Below the pieces are notes generated by a model that did not search any database, was not told the origin of the DNA, and worked only from the letters and a program-made list of their open reading frames with translations. Below, piece by piece: positions 30,908 to 42,219 of a stretch of DNA of 64,000 nt. A program made the position numbers and the translations under genes. Source of the stretch: Nostoc sp. (lineage in GTDB: Bacteria; Cyanobacteriota; Cyanobacteriia; Cyanobacteriales; Nostocaceae); the NCBI GenBank assembly GCA_036918135.1, contig JBALDB010000056.1, positions 416,001 to 480,000 on the forward strand, given 5' to 3'. Within the stretch, counting starts at the first letter, position 1. Each line of letters opens with the position of its first letter.

Positions 30908-32035
30908 TTAAATATTCTTAGGTAGTTGGACAGTGAATAAACTGCCTTTACCTACTTCAGATACGACTTGGATAGTTCCTGTATGGGCTTCCACAATTCG
31001 GTGGGATAAATGTAGTCCTAAGCCGCTACCTGAACGTTTGTTTCTACCTTGGCGAAATCGCTCGAAAATTGTTGTTTGGTCTTCAGGCGCAATTCCATAT
31101 CCTGTATCTTCTACCTCAATTGTTACCCAATCTTGATGTTGAGAATTGAGTGATTTTTCCCAAATGCGGATTGTTATGCCTCCTGTATCTGTAAATTTGA
31201 TGGCATTTGCAATCAAGTTGTATAAGACTCGTCTGAGTTCGAGTCGATCGCCCATAATTATACCAGCATTTTTTGCCTCTGCGTCTAATAGACTGGTATC
31301 TATTTTTAAATTCAAGCCTTTTTCATTAGTTAGAGGTGTGATTTCACTGACCACTTCTTGAGCGATTTCTGGCAAATCGCACACCTCCCAATTCAAAGTT
31401 TTTTTACCTGCTTCAAAGCGATAAACTTCTAACAGAGTGTTCACCATCAGCATCAAATTTTGGTTACTGCGAATCATCACCGCGATCGCTTTTTTCATTT
31501 CCGGCGAAATTTTGCAGAATGTTTCCATCTCGAACAAATTCAACATTCGATCGGCGGCTACCAACGGTGTTCGCAAATCATGAGTCAGACGGGAAACAAA
31601 GTCTTCTCGTTGGCGTGCCATTTTTTGTTGTTCGTCAAGACTGTGCTTGAGGCGCAACAGCGATCGCACTCTAGCCAAAAGTTCATCGGTATCAAATGGT
31701 TTGCGAATAAAGTCATCAGCACCAGCATCCAAACCTTCAACAACGCTGGATTCGTGAAAGGCAGTAATTAGCAGAATTGGGATATAACTACTAATTGCAC
31801 GGTTATTACGAATACGACGCGTAACCTCATAACCATCTATCCCTGGCATCATTACATCTAGCAAAATCAAATCTGGTGGAGATTGTTCAATTTTCTGCAA
31901 AGCCTTTATTCCATCTGAAGCCAAATCAATTTCATAACCCTCACTTTCTAAAATTGTTTGCACCAAAATGAGATTATCTCGAGTATCATCAACAGCGAGA
32001 ATGCGATCGATTTTAGAATTTTCAACTACAGACAT
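30908..32035 (-). CDS. Hybrid histidine kinase (REC-HisKA-HATPase)
   Basis: REC (VDD, LLDVMMP, KP), THDLRTP, NAIKFT, DTGYG and GLGL motifs. Confidence 0.95.
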   Translation of the reverse strand: MSVVENSKIDRILAVDDTRDNLILVQTILESEGYEIDLASDGIKALQKIEQSPPDLILLDVMMPGIDGYEVTRRIRNNRAISSYIPILLITAFHESSVVEGLDAGADDFIRKPFDTDELLARVRSLLRLKHSLDEQQKMARQREDFVSRLTHDLRTPLVAADRMLNLFEMETFCKISPEMKKAIAVMIRSNQNLMLMVNTLLEVYRFEAGKKTLNWEVCDLPEIAQEVVSEITPLTNEKGLNLKIDTSLLDAEAKNAGIIMGDRLELRRVLYNLIANAIKFTDTGGITIRIWEKSLNSQHQDWVTIEVEDTGYGIAPEDQTTIFERFRQGRNKRSGSGLGLHLSHRIVEAHTGTIQVVSEVGKGSLFTVQLPKNI

Positions 32036-32072
32036 GATTTATCAACTTTTTTCAGCTTTTTTAGAAGTATAT

Positions 32073-33407
32073 TTAGAATTTAAATTTAGGGGATACTATT
32101 GGTGTTTTCCCAACTGAAGCAGATGATTGATGTGGATTTTGAGCAGAACAAAAAATATCATCGTTATCCAAGTGTAAATTTCCAGCTTCGACTGCTACAC
32201 TTGCTAATGTTACTTGACGCGGTAATTCAATTCTAAACATTGAACCAACTTCCAATTGGCTCTCAATAAAAATTTTACCGCCCATCATTTTTACCAGCGA
32301 ATCTACAATTGCCAAACCCAAACCTGTCCCTGGATATTTACGAGTAATACTTTGATCGACTTGGCGAAATGCTTCAAAAATCTGTTTAAAATCTCTCGGC
32401 GCTATCCCAATACCTGTATCTCTAACAATAATTGCCACTTGGTTTGCAGGTAGTTCCTTAACCTCAACCCAAATTTCACCAGACTCAGTAAACTTAATTG
32501 CGTTGGAGAGCAAGTTAATTAAAATCTGTTTCACACGCATGGGATCGTTAAATCCCAAAGGATTTTGTAAATCTGTTTGCAGCAGCAATGAGAGATTTTT
32601 TGCCTCACCTAGAGAACGCATTTCTTCTACAGCTGCATCTACTACCTTTGATATATCAAAGATTTCTGGTTTTAAATCTAATCGTCCTGCCTCCAGCTTG
32701 GAAAAGTCCAGAACTTCATTCAACAGCATCAACAAATGCTTACCATTATTTAAAACGCGCTCAACCATATCTACTTGTTGGTGCGTTAGTTGACCGAACT
32801 TAGGACGCAGCAATATCTGTGAAAAACCAATAATTGCATTCATTGGTGTTCTCAGTTCGTGAGACATGGTAGCTAAGAAATGTGATTTTAACCGCGATGC
32901 CTCCAATAACTTGAAGTTTTGCACTTGAATATGTTGCTGTTGTCTTTCCAATTCTTTATTTTTACAAATCAACTGTTCGTGACTTTCTCTAAGTTGCTGG
33001 TTTGCAAAAGCTACCTGCATTTCAGCACGATAGATGCGAATGGCATTTCGCAAAACGTGTGCCAAAATTTCCGAAGAGATTCTAGACTTAGAAAGATAGT
33101 CTGTAGCACCAGCTTTCATTAATTCAACAGCAATTCGTTCATCTCCTTGACCGGTTAAAACTACTAAAGGAACTTTGATTTCCGAAGAGCGTATCTGTTG
33201 GATGAGAGTCAATCCATCCTGGTCTGGTAAGCGATAATCGAGGAAAACACAATCATAGGTAGTAGTACTTAAGGCAGAGAATGCATGACTGCCTTCCTCT
33301 ACCTCAGACAGATCCATTTGCACACCTGCTTTAGCCAAAGCGCGACGTACTGCCATCCGGTCTACTTCGTCATTGTCTACAACCAAAATTTTCAGCGTTT
33401 CTTCCAT
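32073..33407 (-). CDS. Hybrid histidine kinase (REC-coiled coil-HisKA-HATPase)
   Basis: REC (FLDYRLP), SHELRTP, NAIKFT, DTGIG and GTGLGL motifs. Confidence 0.95.
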   Translation of the reverse strand: MEETLKILVVDNDEVDRMAVRRALAKAGVQMDLSEVEEGSHAFSALSTTTYDCVFLDYRLPDQDGLTLIQQIRSSEIKVPLVVLTGQGDERIAVELMKAGATDYLSKSRISSEILAHVLRNAIRIYRAEMQVAFANQQLRESHEQLICKNKELERQQQHIQVQNFKLLEASRLKSHFLATMSHELRTPMNAIIGFSQILLRPKFGQLTHQQVDMVERVLNNGKHLLMLLNEVLDFSKLEAGRLDLKPEIFDISKVVDAAVEEMRSLGEAKNLSLLLQTDLQNPLGFNDPMRVKQILINLLSNAIKFTESGEIWVEVKELPANQVAIIVRDTGIGIAPRDFKQIFEAFRQVDQSITRKYPGTGLGLAIVDSLVKMMGGKIFIESQLEVGSMFRIELPRQVTLASVAVEAGNLHLDNDDIFCSAQNPHQSSASVGKTPIVSPKFKF

Positions 33408-35026
33408 CGGTTTTTATTTTCGCCGTCAAACATAGGTTGATATATAACATTTATCTTTTTGGATTATCCTATTAAAAAATGTAAGATTTTCTGACATCTA
33501 AAATCTGTAACTTAATTAACTAAGGTATTTTGGACAATATCTAATATATTAAAGATTCTCAAATCAGAATATTTAAAAAATCAGGACAATAATTTGATGA
33601 ATCAGTATAACAATCATACTAGACTAACGCTCGCCTTTTAACTTCTAAATGACAGTTGCCATAACTTTTTTCACTACAACAATACACTGCTTTATAGTCG
33701 GTACTAATTTCTGACTCTAAACTAGGAAAAGCAAAGGTAGTTTGGCATATCATCAGCAGGCTGATTATGATTGCCGCGCAATATTGTAAAGCTCCTTAGT
33801 CGAGCGCCTATAAGGTGAATCAGTTTTTTATATTAATTTTTATGAATCATTCCTTGACATCGATCGCATCAATTTTTTTCCTCCTTTAGTAGTATGTCGA
33901 TCGCTGTTTCAGGCGTTTCTTAAATTGAGTCCAGTCTGTTGTATCCTGAATCTGGTTAATTTACCAAGTAGTAGGATTAAACTTTTAGCCGCTCGCCAAT
34001 GGCTCTAAAACCATTAGCCTATTAACAGACTCAAAACTATTGAACTGAAGACAGCAGACAGCTTAGTGTAAAGTAAAATAAAATACTTTACTAAGCTTAA
34101 GACAATTGTAAATGAGTGAGTTAACGACCGTCGTCAGTCATTAGTGAGAGTTGCATACTATTGTTGTTTACTAGAAGTTTGAACAGTTTTACCCATCAGA
34201 TGCAAGAGACGAGGAAAATAAAAAAGTATTGAATGTACTTAATTTGTCAATTTTAAGTAATCTTACCTCCTAAAGTTGGAACAATTTTCTTACCATCGCC
34301 AGACAATTATTAATGTTTTTCCGGCGATCGCAAATTTTTAGAGTTGGGAAAATTACAACTTTACATTTGTTAGTGCAACTCTCGTCAAGTGGACATTAGA
34401 AGTGCTGTTAGCGGTAGGGCGCTTTTTAGCCCGTCTTGAGTCAGAAGTTAGGAGTTAGGAGTTATTCTGCTCATTCTCCTTGTCTGGCTCATCTGCCTAT
34501 TCCCCAATTCCTCCCTTGCTGTTGTACTTTGTCTGCATTTCATAACCTTTTCTAGCTTTCTAGAAGAAAATAATAAATAGTTGAGGAATCGTAGTAACTG
34601 AAAGCTGAATTTTGAGTAAAAGTGAACAATTTAGCATTCGGATCAATAATTCATCCTTTTTGTGCAACTAATCATATATCTTCAGCTAGATTTGTACTCT
34701 ATCTAAATAGAAAAAAATAGGGTATTGATTATTTCTATCGGTGGATGCAGAGTGGTCGAAAGATCATCTATCTTTGGTTTGGGAAAATAAAACGTAGGTA
34801 AGAATTCAGCACTCACGAGAGGAGGCAGTACGCTAAAGCGGTTTGTCTGGTATAAGCAACCACCGTTGATAAATTGGAATTTATCGGGAATCTAATATAA
34901 TTTAAATATTGATTCATCAAATGGTCTCCTAATTATTAAACTATCCTGACTCATAAAAAATGATAAAGATAGTAATTGCAAAAGGTAATACTTTCAAAGG
35001 CAAACAGTGTAAGAGTGAGTGTAGCG

Positions 35027-35749
35027 ATGAGTGAAATTAGCATTATTTTAATTGAAGATCATGACTTAACGCGAATGGGACTACGGGCTGCATTACAGTC
35101 TCACAGTGCATTAAAAGTGATTGGCGAAGCTGCAAACGCTACTCAGGGATTAAAACTTTTGGAAACGGCAAAGCCAGATGTAGCCGTTGTAGATATTGGC
35201 TTGCCTGACATGGATGGCATTGAACTCACTCGTAAATTCAGACGCTACCAAGCTGAAACTGGGCAATCAGTAACCAAGATTTTGATCCTAACAATGGATC
35301 ATACAGAGGATGCTGTACTTGCAGCTTTTGCCGCAGGAGCAGATTCTTATTACATGAAAGAAACAAGTATCAGTAAATTAACTGAGGCTATCCAAGCAAC
35401 TTATGGCGGTAACTCTTGGATCGACCCGTCAATAGCCAATGTGGTATTGCGGAAGATGCGGCAAGGAATTCCTGGAGAAAGCCAAACGTCTGACAAGCCG
35501 AAGACTGTAAAAATTGAAGCGCTGGCCACAGAATACGAGCAAGTTTTGGAAACATACCCCCTAACTCAACGAGAATTAGAAATTCTGGAGTTGATTGTCG
35601 CCGGGTGTAGCAACGGGCAAATTGCCGAAAAACTCTACATTACAGTTGGTACTGTCAAGACTCATGTTCGCAATATTCTAAACAAACTTTGTGCTGATGA
35701 CCGTACCCAAGCTGCTGTTAGGGCTTTACGTTCTGGGTTGGTAGCGTGA
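35027..35749 (+). CDS. NarL/LuxR family response regulator (OrrA-like)
   Basis: EDHDLTR, DIGLPDMDG and C-terminal LuxR HTH LTQRELEIL...TVKTHVRNIL; orthology to OrrA not verified. Confidence 0.93.
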   Translation: MSEISIILIEDHDLTRMGLRAALQSHSALKVIGEAANATQGLKLLETAKPDVAVVDIGLPDMDGIELTRKFRRYQAETGQSVTKILILTMDHTEDAVLAAFAAGADSYYMKETSISKLTEAIQATYGGNSWIDPSIANVVLRKMRQGIPGESQTSDKPKTVKIEALATEYEQVLETYPLTQRELEILELIVAGCSNGQIAEKLYITVGTVKTHVRNILNKLCADDRTQAAVRALRSGLVA

Positions 35750-35824
35750 GGAACTGGTGACGTGAGGAGTGAGGAGATGGAGGGTGTGGGGAGTGCAAAG
35801 AGATGGAGAAAAATAGCCCATAAC

Positions 35825-35922
35825 TAAGGAACTGATAAATAAAAAAATATCCCACTATTTATAAGTCAACAGTCAACAATCATCAACTTCAAATCGGATA
35901 ATTTATTTCTTAGAGTTCCCTA
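35825..35922. mobile_element. MITE-like element, family A
   Basis: Near-identical to 11340-11441; lies between convergent genes. Confidence 0.7.
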
Positions 35923-35937
35923 ACGACTAATACCTCT

Positions 35938-37302
35938 TCATCCCAATCGTTCCTGTAAACATTTGGCAATGCGTAGTGCTGCACCTGGTTTTCCCATGCG
36001 CTGTACACCGTTATCGGCAATTATTTGTAAACTATCAGGGTTTTTAAATAACGACTGTACTATCTTCGGAACTTCTATTGGCTGCTCAACTAAAATTAAA
36101 GATAAGCCTAAAAGGCGACTTTGTGCTTCAGCAAAGCCACGGTTATATTGAGGCCCATTGCCAGGAATAGCGATCGCAGGTTTGCCCAAACCGACAAACT
36201 GTTCTGTAGCTGTACCTGCCATTGCAATCGCCAAATCTCCCAACTGCAAACACTCGTTATAAGCTTGTTGGGTTAACAGTAAATAAGCATTTTTTTGCTT
36301 AAATGTCAAGATATTTGCATCGGAAATTTTGAGAGGAAATTCTGATGCGGTTCGCCAGCCTTGAGATTGTACGCTTTGAGATAAGATATTACAGTCTAGA
36401 CTGGGGGCGATCGCACCTAAAAACACAATTGTGCCAGAAGTGTGGAAAACCGTATTTCGCTGTTGGAAACTTGTTAGCAATGCAGATACGGCAATCATAA
36501 TTGTTTCCCAGTTGTTGTACGCTTCTGGCGGACGGGAACCAGGCAAAAGAGTTACCACAAAAGGCCGAATTGTTTCTTGTTGTTGGCTAGCCTGACTATA
36601 AAATTGTGGCGATGGAAATGTTGGTTCTAGACCATCCATCATCGGATTTCCTAAATTAAAAGCTGGAATTGGCCATTGTTTTAATATTTCTGTGGTCAAA
36701 GCATCTCTGAGGAACACCGCCTGACATCGGCGACGACTCATCAACCAACGTTCCCAAGGATGATACACAGAACCAGAAAAGTTTTCCCAACTCACATCTT
36801 TGGATTTTTTTGGTAACAATCCAACTTCATCTCGCACATGATATTCTGATTTTGCCGTACCAACAAAAGCATAATTAATACCACTCAAAGTTGCAAACAA
36901 CAGCGGGACTATATCTCCCACAGCTAAAATTGCTCTCTTGTTACCTAATTTTTTTTGAGAACTTACCCAGCGGCGAATAGCTTTAATCTGGCTGAGGGTA
37001 AGTTGCAATAAACCACCGCGTACATCCCGCGCTAATTGACGTCCATCCATATAAATAAAGCCACCAGAAGGCATAGTACGTACCGAACCAATCAGGGGAA
37101 TACCCAACTGTTGGTAAGCACGTCCTTCACCCACCAAAGGTAAAGCAAATATCTCTGGTGGGTCTGATTGTTGTTGGAGTTCTTGCAAAATCCGGACTGC
37201 AATTATATCTTCCCCATGTCCGTTACTTAATACAAGTAACCGCAAACGTGAAGTTGCAGCTTGGGAATTAGAAGCTAGAGATAACCGGGATACATTACTC
37301 AT
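35938..37302 (-). CDS. Lipid-A-disaccharide synthase-related protein
   Basis: SNGHGED, LLPGSR and AMAGTATEQ motifs. Confidence 0.88.
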   Translation of the reverse strand: MSNVSRLSLASNSQAATSRLRLLVLSNGHGEDIIAVRILQELQQQSDPPEIFALPLVGEGRAYQQLGIPLIGSVRTMPSGGFIYMDGRQLARDVRGGLLQLTLSQIKAIRRWVSSQKKLGNKRAILAVGDIVPLLFATLSGINYAFVGTAKSEYHVRDEVGLLPKKSKDVSWENFSGSVYHPWERWLMSRRRCQAVFLRDALTTEILKQWPIPAFNLGNPMMDGLEPTFPSPQFYSQASQQQETIRPFVVTLLPGSRPPEAYNNWETIMIAVSALLTSFQQRNTVFHTSGTIVFLGAIAPSLDCNILSQSVQSQGWRTASEFPLKISDANILTFKQKNAYLLLTQQAYNECLQLGDLAIAMAGTATEQFVGLGKPAIAIPGNGPQYNRGFAEAQSRLLGLSLILVEQPIEVPKIVQSLFKNPDSLQIIADNGVQRMGKPGAALRIAKCLQERLG

Positions 37303-37616
37303 AAGAAACAAAACATCAAAATTAATTGTCTATTTGGGTAAGAAGTATAAATAAAGAATTCGGCAAAGCAAGCTGGAAGTTAGTCTTATCTATAAGAATT
37401 CGGGAGTCAGAATAGTTAAAAAATCGGTAGAAAATAATAATCAATGAATGTACGAATCATATTAGACTCTTGATAAATTCTGATTTTTGAGTGCCACTTG
37501 CTCATAGGGTAAACCCACTATCCCCCTAGTGGCTCCTTGTGAGTACTGAATTTTTACGTATTATTTCTATTTATCTTACTTTCCGATAATTCTCAGTTAT
37601 TAGGTTAAATATTATT

Positions 37617-39740
37617 ATGCGATTTTCTACTACTGCAATTTTTACTTTAGCTACTTTAGCTGCTGGCAATGTTACTCAGCAAGCAACGGCTGCACCTACT
37701 AAAGTTGTTACTCCAATGCTAAAAGCTGATAAGTTGGTAGTGCCAGTAATTGCAGAAACTCCCGCACGGGTAGAGACAATTGCTTCCCCAGAAACTATAG
37801 TTGCACAAGAATTTTCCCAAAATTCCGTTTCAGTGCCAACAACTGCAAACAAAAATTCTTCAGTAATTTTAAAGCCCACAGCCACGGTAGGGCTAAACCA
37901 AAAAGACAAGGGGAACTCGTCTGTAACACCTTTGCTTATTCCCTCCTCTCCCACCGTGGGGGAGACTAAAGCTACATCTTTCTTTCTTCAAACCCCTGCT
38001 ACTAACAACGATTTAGTAGTTACAGCTACAGATGTACAGGTAGTGGGAGCTAATCAGGAATTACAGCAAATTATTCGTAAAGTAATTAAAACTAAGGTGG
38101 GTGGAGAAACCAGTCAAAGCCAGCTAGAAAAAGATGTGGCAGCAATTTTGGATACAGGTTTATTTAGCAATGCCAGTGTGAATAGTCAAAGTACATCTGC
38201 TGGATTGAATGTAGTTTATCAGGTGCAACCAGTAATAGTGCAATCGCTGCAATTATCTGGTGCGAAAGTACTTACTTATCAAGTAGCCCAAGAACGTTTG
38301 CAATCTCAAATTGGCACTGCTATCAGTCCGGCTGGACTCCAGCAAGCAGTGACACAAATTAACAAGTGGTACGCCGACAATGGTTATAACTTGGCACGGG
38401 TGCTATCAATTAAACCCAGTCCTCAAGGAATTCTAACTTTAAATGTTGCTGAAGGCTTGGTAGGAGATATCAAGTTTCGCTTTGTCGGTGACGATGGTAA
38501 AACCGTTGATAGCAAAGGTAATCTTGTCGGAGGACGCACCAAACCTGATTTTCTCCAACAGCAACTCAAACTCAAACCCGGTCAAATCTTCCAAGAAAAT
38601 CTAGTTAAACAAGACATCCAACAGCTATATAGCACCGGATTATTTGAGAGTGTAAATGTTGCCTTAGAAGGAGATGCGACAAAGGTCGATGTCGTCTATC
38701 AACTCAAAGAAACTGGGGCGCGTGGTGTTAACTTGGGTGGTAGTTACAACGCCGACCAAGGATTAATCGGTACAATCAGCTATCAAGACCGCAATGTCCG
38801 CGGTATTAATGATAATTTAGCGGTGAATGTTGGCGTTAGTAGCCGCGATTTAGAGTTTAATACTAAATATATTAATCCCTATCGCACAACTAACCCCGAT
38901 CGCTTGGGTTACACTGTGAATGTTTTTCGGAATCGAGAAGTTTCTGAAACCTTTGACGATCAAATTAAGTTAGCTAACGGCGATAAAGTCCAAGAAGGTC
39001 ATATTGGCGGCGGTATCAGCTTCCAGCGACCAATTGACGACTGGAGTACCTCTTTAGGATTCAACTATACCCGAATTAGTATCCGCGATCGCCAAGGTAA
39101 TGTTACCCCAACTGATGCTCAGGGTAATCCTTTGTCTGCTAGTGGGACAGGTGTAGATGACCTAACTACCGTATCCTTTACCGCCACCAAAGACCAACGA
39201 GATAACCCCATCAATCCAACGAAAGGTTCCGTTTTAAGTCTGAGTACAGAGCAATCTGTACCAATTGGTGAAGGTAATATTTCCCTTAATCGCCTCAAAG
39301 CCAATTACAGCCAATATTTACCAGTTCAGTTATTTAACAGCAAACAGCCACAAGTGTTTGCAGTAAATCTTCAAGCTGGTACTGTTATTGGGAATTTACC
39401 GCCCTACGAAAGCTTTAACTTAGGTGGTTCTAACTCAGTACGCGGTTACGATTCTGGAGAAGTTGGCAGTGGGCGCAGTTATGTCTTAGCTTCTGCGGAA
39501 TATCGCTTCCCCGTTATCCCAATCGTCGGCGGTGTATTATTTGCTGACTTCGGTTCCGACTTGGGTTCTGGTGATACTGTATTGGGAGACCCGGCAGGTG
39601 TGCGCGACAAACCAGGTTTTGGTTTTGGTTATGGGGCTGGAGTGCGAGTAAATTCCCCCTTGGGCTTAATTCGGGCTGACTATGGCATTAATGACCAGGG
39701 AGAAAGCAAAATACATCTAGGCATAGGGCAGCGGTTTTAA
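37617..39740 (+). CDS. Omp85/BamA-TamA family outer membrane protein
   Basis: Signal peptide, Pro/Thr-rich linker, POTRA region, GGSNSVRGY motif, terminal GQRF. Confidence 0.95.
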   Translation: MRFSTTAIFTLATLAAGNVTQQATAAPTKVVTPMLKADKLVVPVIAETPARVETIASPETIVAQEFSQNSVSVPTTANKNSSVILKPTATVGLNQKDKGNSSVTPLLIPSSPTVGETKATSFFLQTPATNNDLVVTATDVQVVGANQELQQIIRKVIKTKVGGETSQSQLEKDVAAILDTGLFSNASVNSQSTSAGLNVVYQVQPVIVQSLQLSGAKVLTYQVAQERLQSQIGTAISPAGLQQAVTQINKWYADNGYNLARVLSIKPSPQGILTLNVAEGLVGDIKFRFVGDDGKTVDSKGNLVGGRTKPDFLQQQLKLKPGQIFQENLVKQDIQQLYSTGLFESVNVALEGDATKVDVVYQLKETGARGVNLGGSYNADQGLIGTISYQDRNVRGINDNLAVNVGVSSRDLEFNTKYINPYRTTNPDRLGYTVNVFRNREVSETFDDQIKLANGDKVQEGHIGGGISFQRPIDDWSTSLGFNYTRISIRDRQGNVTPTDAQGNPLSASGTGVDDLTTVSFTATKDQRDNPINPTKGSVLSLSTEQSVPIGEGNISLNRLKANYSQYLPVQLFNSKQPQVFAVNLQAGTVIGNLPPYESFNLGGSNSVRGYDSGEVGSGRSYVLASAEYRFPVIPIVGGVLFADFGSDLGSGDTVLGDPAGVRDKPGFGFGYGAGVRVNSPLGLIRADYGINDQGESKIHLGIGQRF

Positions 39741-40008
39741 GAAGCTCGGCATTTAGGGCATTACAGCAATATTCAGTTTATTGATTAATCTATCAGCCCC
39801 CTCGTGAAGTGTTTGCCCTAGTCAAGCCCCTATTAAATTTTCCAAAATGAACTGTATCAATTAGTATCAGATAATTAAACTAGTTAAACTTTTCTAGATG
39901 TTTCTATATTGGCTCGTAATTGTCCTCAGAACTAGAGTTTAATTCAAAACAGGTAATAAATAAAGTTGCTCTATTTCAGAAACACACTTAAACTGAGGCA
40001 ATCAGATT

Positions 40009-40164
40009 ATGAGAGAAATGACTTTTAAACCCTTAACCGAACAAGACCGTCAAAGAAATGAATATCTAGACAAAATTAATCGCGCTCCCTACTCCACAAT
40101 TCTCTTAATCGGAACGTTGACGTTTTTGCTATTTACTACAGGTGCATTACTTGGCGCTTTTTAG
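40009..40164 (+). CDS. Small (51 aa) single-pass membrane protein, absent from the ORF track
   Basis: MREMTFKPLTEQDRQRNEYLDKINRAPYSTILLIGTLTFLLFTTGALLGAF*; GAGG upstream; terminator downstream. Confidence 0.65.
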   Translation: MREMTFKPLTEQDRQRNEYLDKINRAPYSTILLIGTLTFLLFTTGALLGAF

Positions 40165-40214
40165 AGCAGATTTGTAGTATTAGAATTAAATATTTCGATC
40201 GTGAAGTTCCAAGC

Positions 40215-40245
40215 ACCCTCTCCTCAATCACAGGAGAGGGTTTAA
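40215..40245 (+). terminator. Intrinsic terminator
   Basis: ACCCTCTCCT-loop-AGGAGAGGGT followed by a T-rich tract. Confidence 0.65.
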
Positions 40246-40559
40246 TTTTAGTCCTTAAGTTGTCAAGGGTTGTAGCCAGTAGTCTGTCAAGTCGTAATTC
40301 CTCCCTAACATCACGGATGTCAAAGACAGCTTAAGGTTGTTTTCGACTTCAAGATTTCTTGACCTCGCGTTATCCTATGAAAAAGATAAAACTGTTGCGA
40401 TCGTTGGGGAGGTTTTTCCTACTTCGGGAATCCCAAAAACTAAATCATCCCGTAGATACATAGGCAAGAACCTGTGACCTCAAAAATATGGGAATTTGGG
40501 AAATCTCTTAAGAATCAGGACTCGCTAGTTATCTGCTCACTCAAGACTCAGGACTTTCT

Positions 40560-42125
40560 ATGTTAGCAGGCACAATTTTGCAGGATGGAAAATATACCCT
40601 AATCCAAGAAATAGGGCGTGGTGGCTTTGGCATTACCTTCAAAGCTAAGCATCACTACTTGGGTCAGGAGGTGGTGATGAAAACCATCAATGAACGGCTG
40701 CGACAACATCCTGATTTTGCCAAGTTCGAGCGTCAATTCCAAGATGAAGCCAGACGACTAGCTACTTGTATCCACCCAAATATAGTCCGAGTCAGTGATT
40801 TTTTTGTGGAAGCTGGGTTACCTTACATGGTGATGGAGTACATTCCTGGCGACACTTTGGGCGACGCCTTTGTATTACCAGGAATACCTCTGCCGGAAGC
40901 GACAGCAATTCATTATATCCAGCAAATTGGGGCAGCGTTGCAGGTAGTACACAACAATGGTTTGCTGCACCGAGATGTGAAACCAGATAATATTATCCTG
41001 CGCCAAGGAACACAGGAAGTAATACTGATTGATTTTGGCATTGCCAGGGAATTCAATGGCAGTGTCAGGCAGACTCATACGGGTTTAGTTTCTGAGGGTT
41101 ATTCTCCCATCGAGCAGTACCTCACCCAAGCAGCGCGCACACCCGCCACCGATGTTTATGGTTTAGCAGCAACCTTGTATGCACTGTTAACAGCCCAAGT
41201 TCCCATGCCAGCATTATTGCGCGATCGCGAGCAAATGCCATCCCCCCGCGAACTCCAACCACATTTGAGTGCTGCTGTCAACCAAGCAGTAATGCGCGGG
41301 ATGGCGGTGGAATCTCGCTTTCGTCCGGCGACTGTTGCCGAGTGGCTGCAATTGCTCCAAGGAAATCGAGTCAATGGCACACCCCATGCCTTACCAACTC
41401 ACGCAGTGCAAACCATTAATTTATCTGCCCAACCGGGAGAAACTCTGATTAACAAAGTTGCTCAAAAAGCGACTGCCAACAAAACTTCACACGCTCAAAA
41501 ACAGCCCTCATCTAAAATATTCCTTGGTATCGGTGTCGCTGTAGTTGCCGCTACAGCAGGTTTTGGCATCACTAGCATCTTACCTAAATCTCAGCCGCAG
41601 CCAACCGCTAAGCCACTTTTTCAACAGCCTACTCAAGAACCAGCCGCCAAAGTACCTAACTTAGAGAGTGTATCTTCACCAGCGACTCCACAGACTAACA
41701 GCACCTCAAAAACCGAATCTCCACCTGTCTCTAATTTCAGGCAGCGTCGGCATAATCGTCGTTATTTGCAAGAAGAAACTAAAAATCCGACAAAAGAATC
41801 ACAACGCAGTAACTCCGAACAATCAGCACCTTCACCTAGCGTTTCACCCACACCCTCGCTAGTCGAAAAACTACGGGCGGTTCGGTCATCTCGTAATGCT
41901 TCCCCCGCAGCATCGCCAGATAATAACTCACCAACTTCTAATCAAAATTCTGCTTCTCCTAAATCTGTAACTCCTGCAAATCCTGTGGTTATACCACTAC
42001 CACCACCGGAATCTAAACAGTCAGATCCTTCTGCTGTAGTAGTACCAACACTGGAAAAGCAAAATTCACCGACTGAAAGTCAAACACAAAACGATAACAA
42101 GTCTCAAAAAGAGATCCGAGATTAA
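40560..42125 (+). CDS. Ser/Thr protein kinase (Pkn2-type) with TM segment and low-complexity tail
   Basis: [17 protein letters not shown] and TDVYG motifs; TM at about aa 320-340. Confidence 0.95.
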   Translation: MLAGTILQDGKYTLIQEIGRGGFGITFKAKHHYLGQEVVMKTINERLRQHPDFAKFERQFQDEARRLATCIHPNIVRVSDFFVEAGLPYMVMEYIPGDTLGDAFVLPGIPLPEATAIHYIQQIGAALQVVHNNGLLHRDVKPDNIILRQGTQEVILIDFGIAREFNGSVRQTHTGLVSEGYSPIEQYLTQAARTPATDVYGLAATLYALLTAQVPMPALLRDREQMPSPRELQPHLSAAVNQAVMRGMAVESRFRPATVAEWLQLLQGNRVNGTPHALPTHAVQTINLSAQPGETLINKVAQKATANKTSHAQKQPSSKIFLGIGVAVVAATAGFGITSILPKSQPQPTAKPLFQQPTQEPAAKVPNLESVSSPATPQTNSTSKTESPPVSNFRQRRHNRRYLQEETKNPTKESQRSNSEQSAPSPSVSPTPSLVEKLRAVRSSRNASPAASPDNNSPTSNQNSASPKSVTPANPVVIPLPPPESKQSDPSAVVVPTLEKQNSPTESQTQNDNKSQKEIRD

Positions 42126-42219
42126 AATAATTGCTAATTAAGAGGATATTTGTGAAGTATCAGGTTGTATTAAAGTGTGCCTAACCTAATACTCACATTA
42201 AAAGTAAAACCAATTGCAA

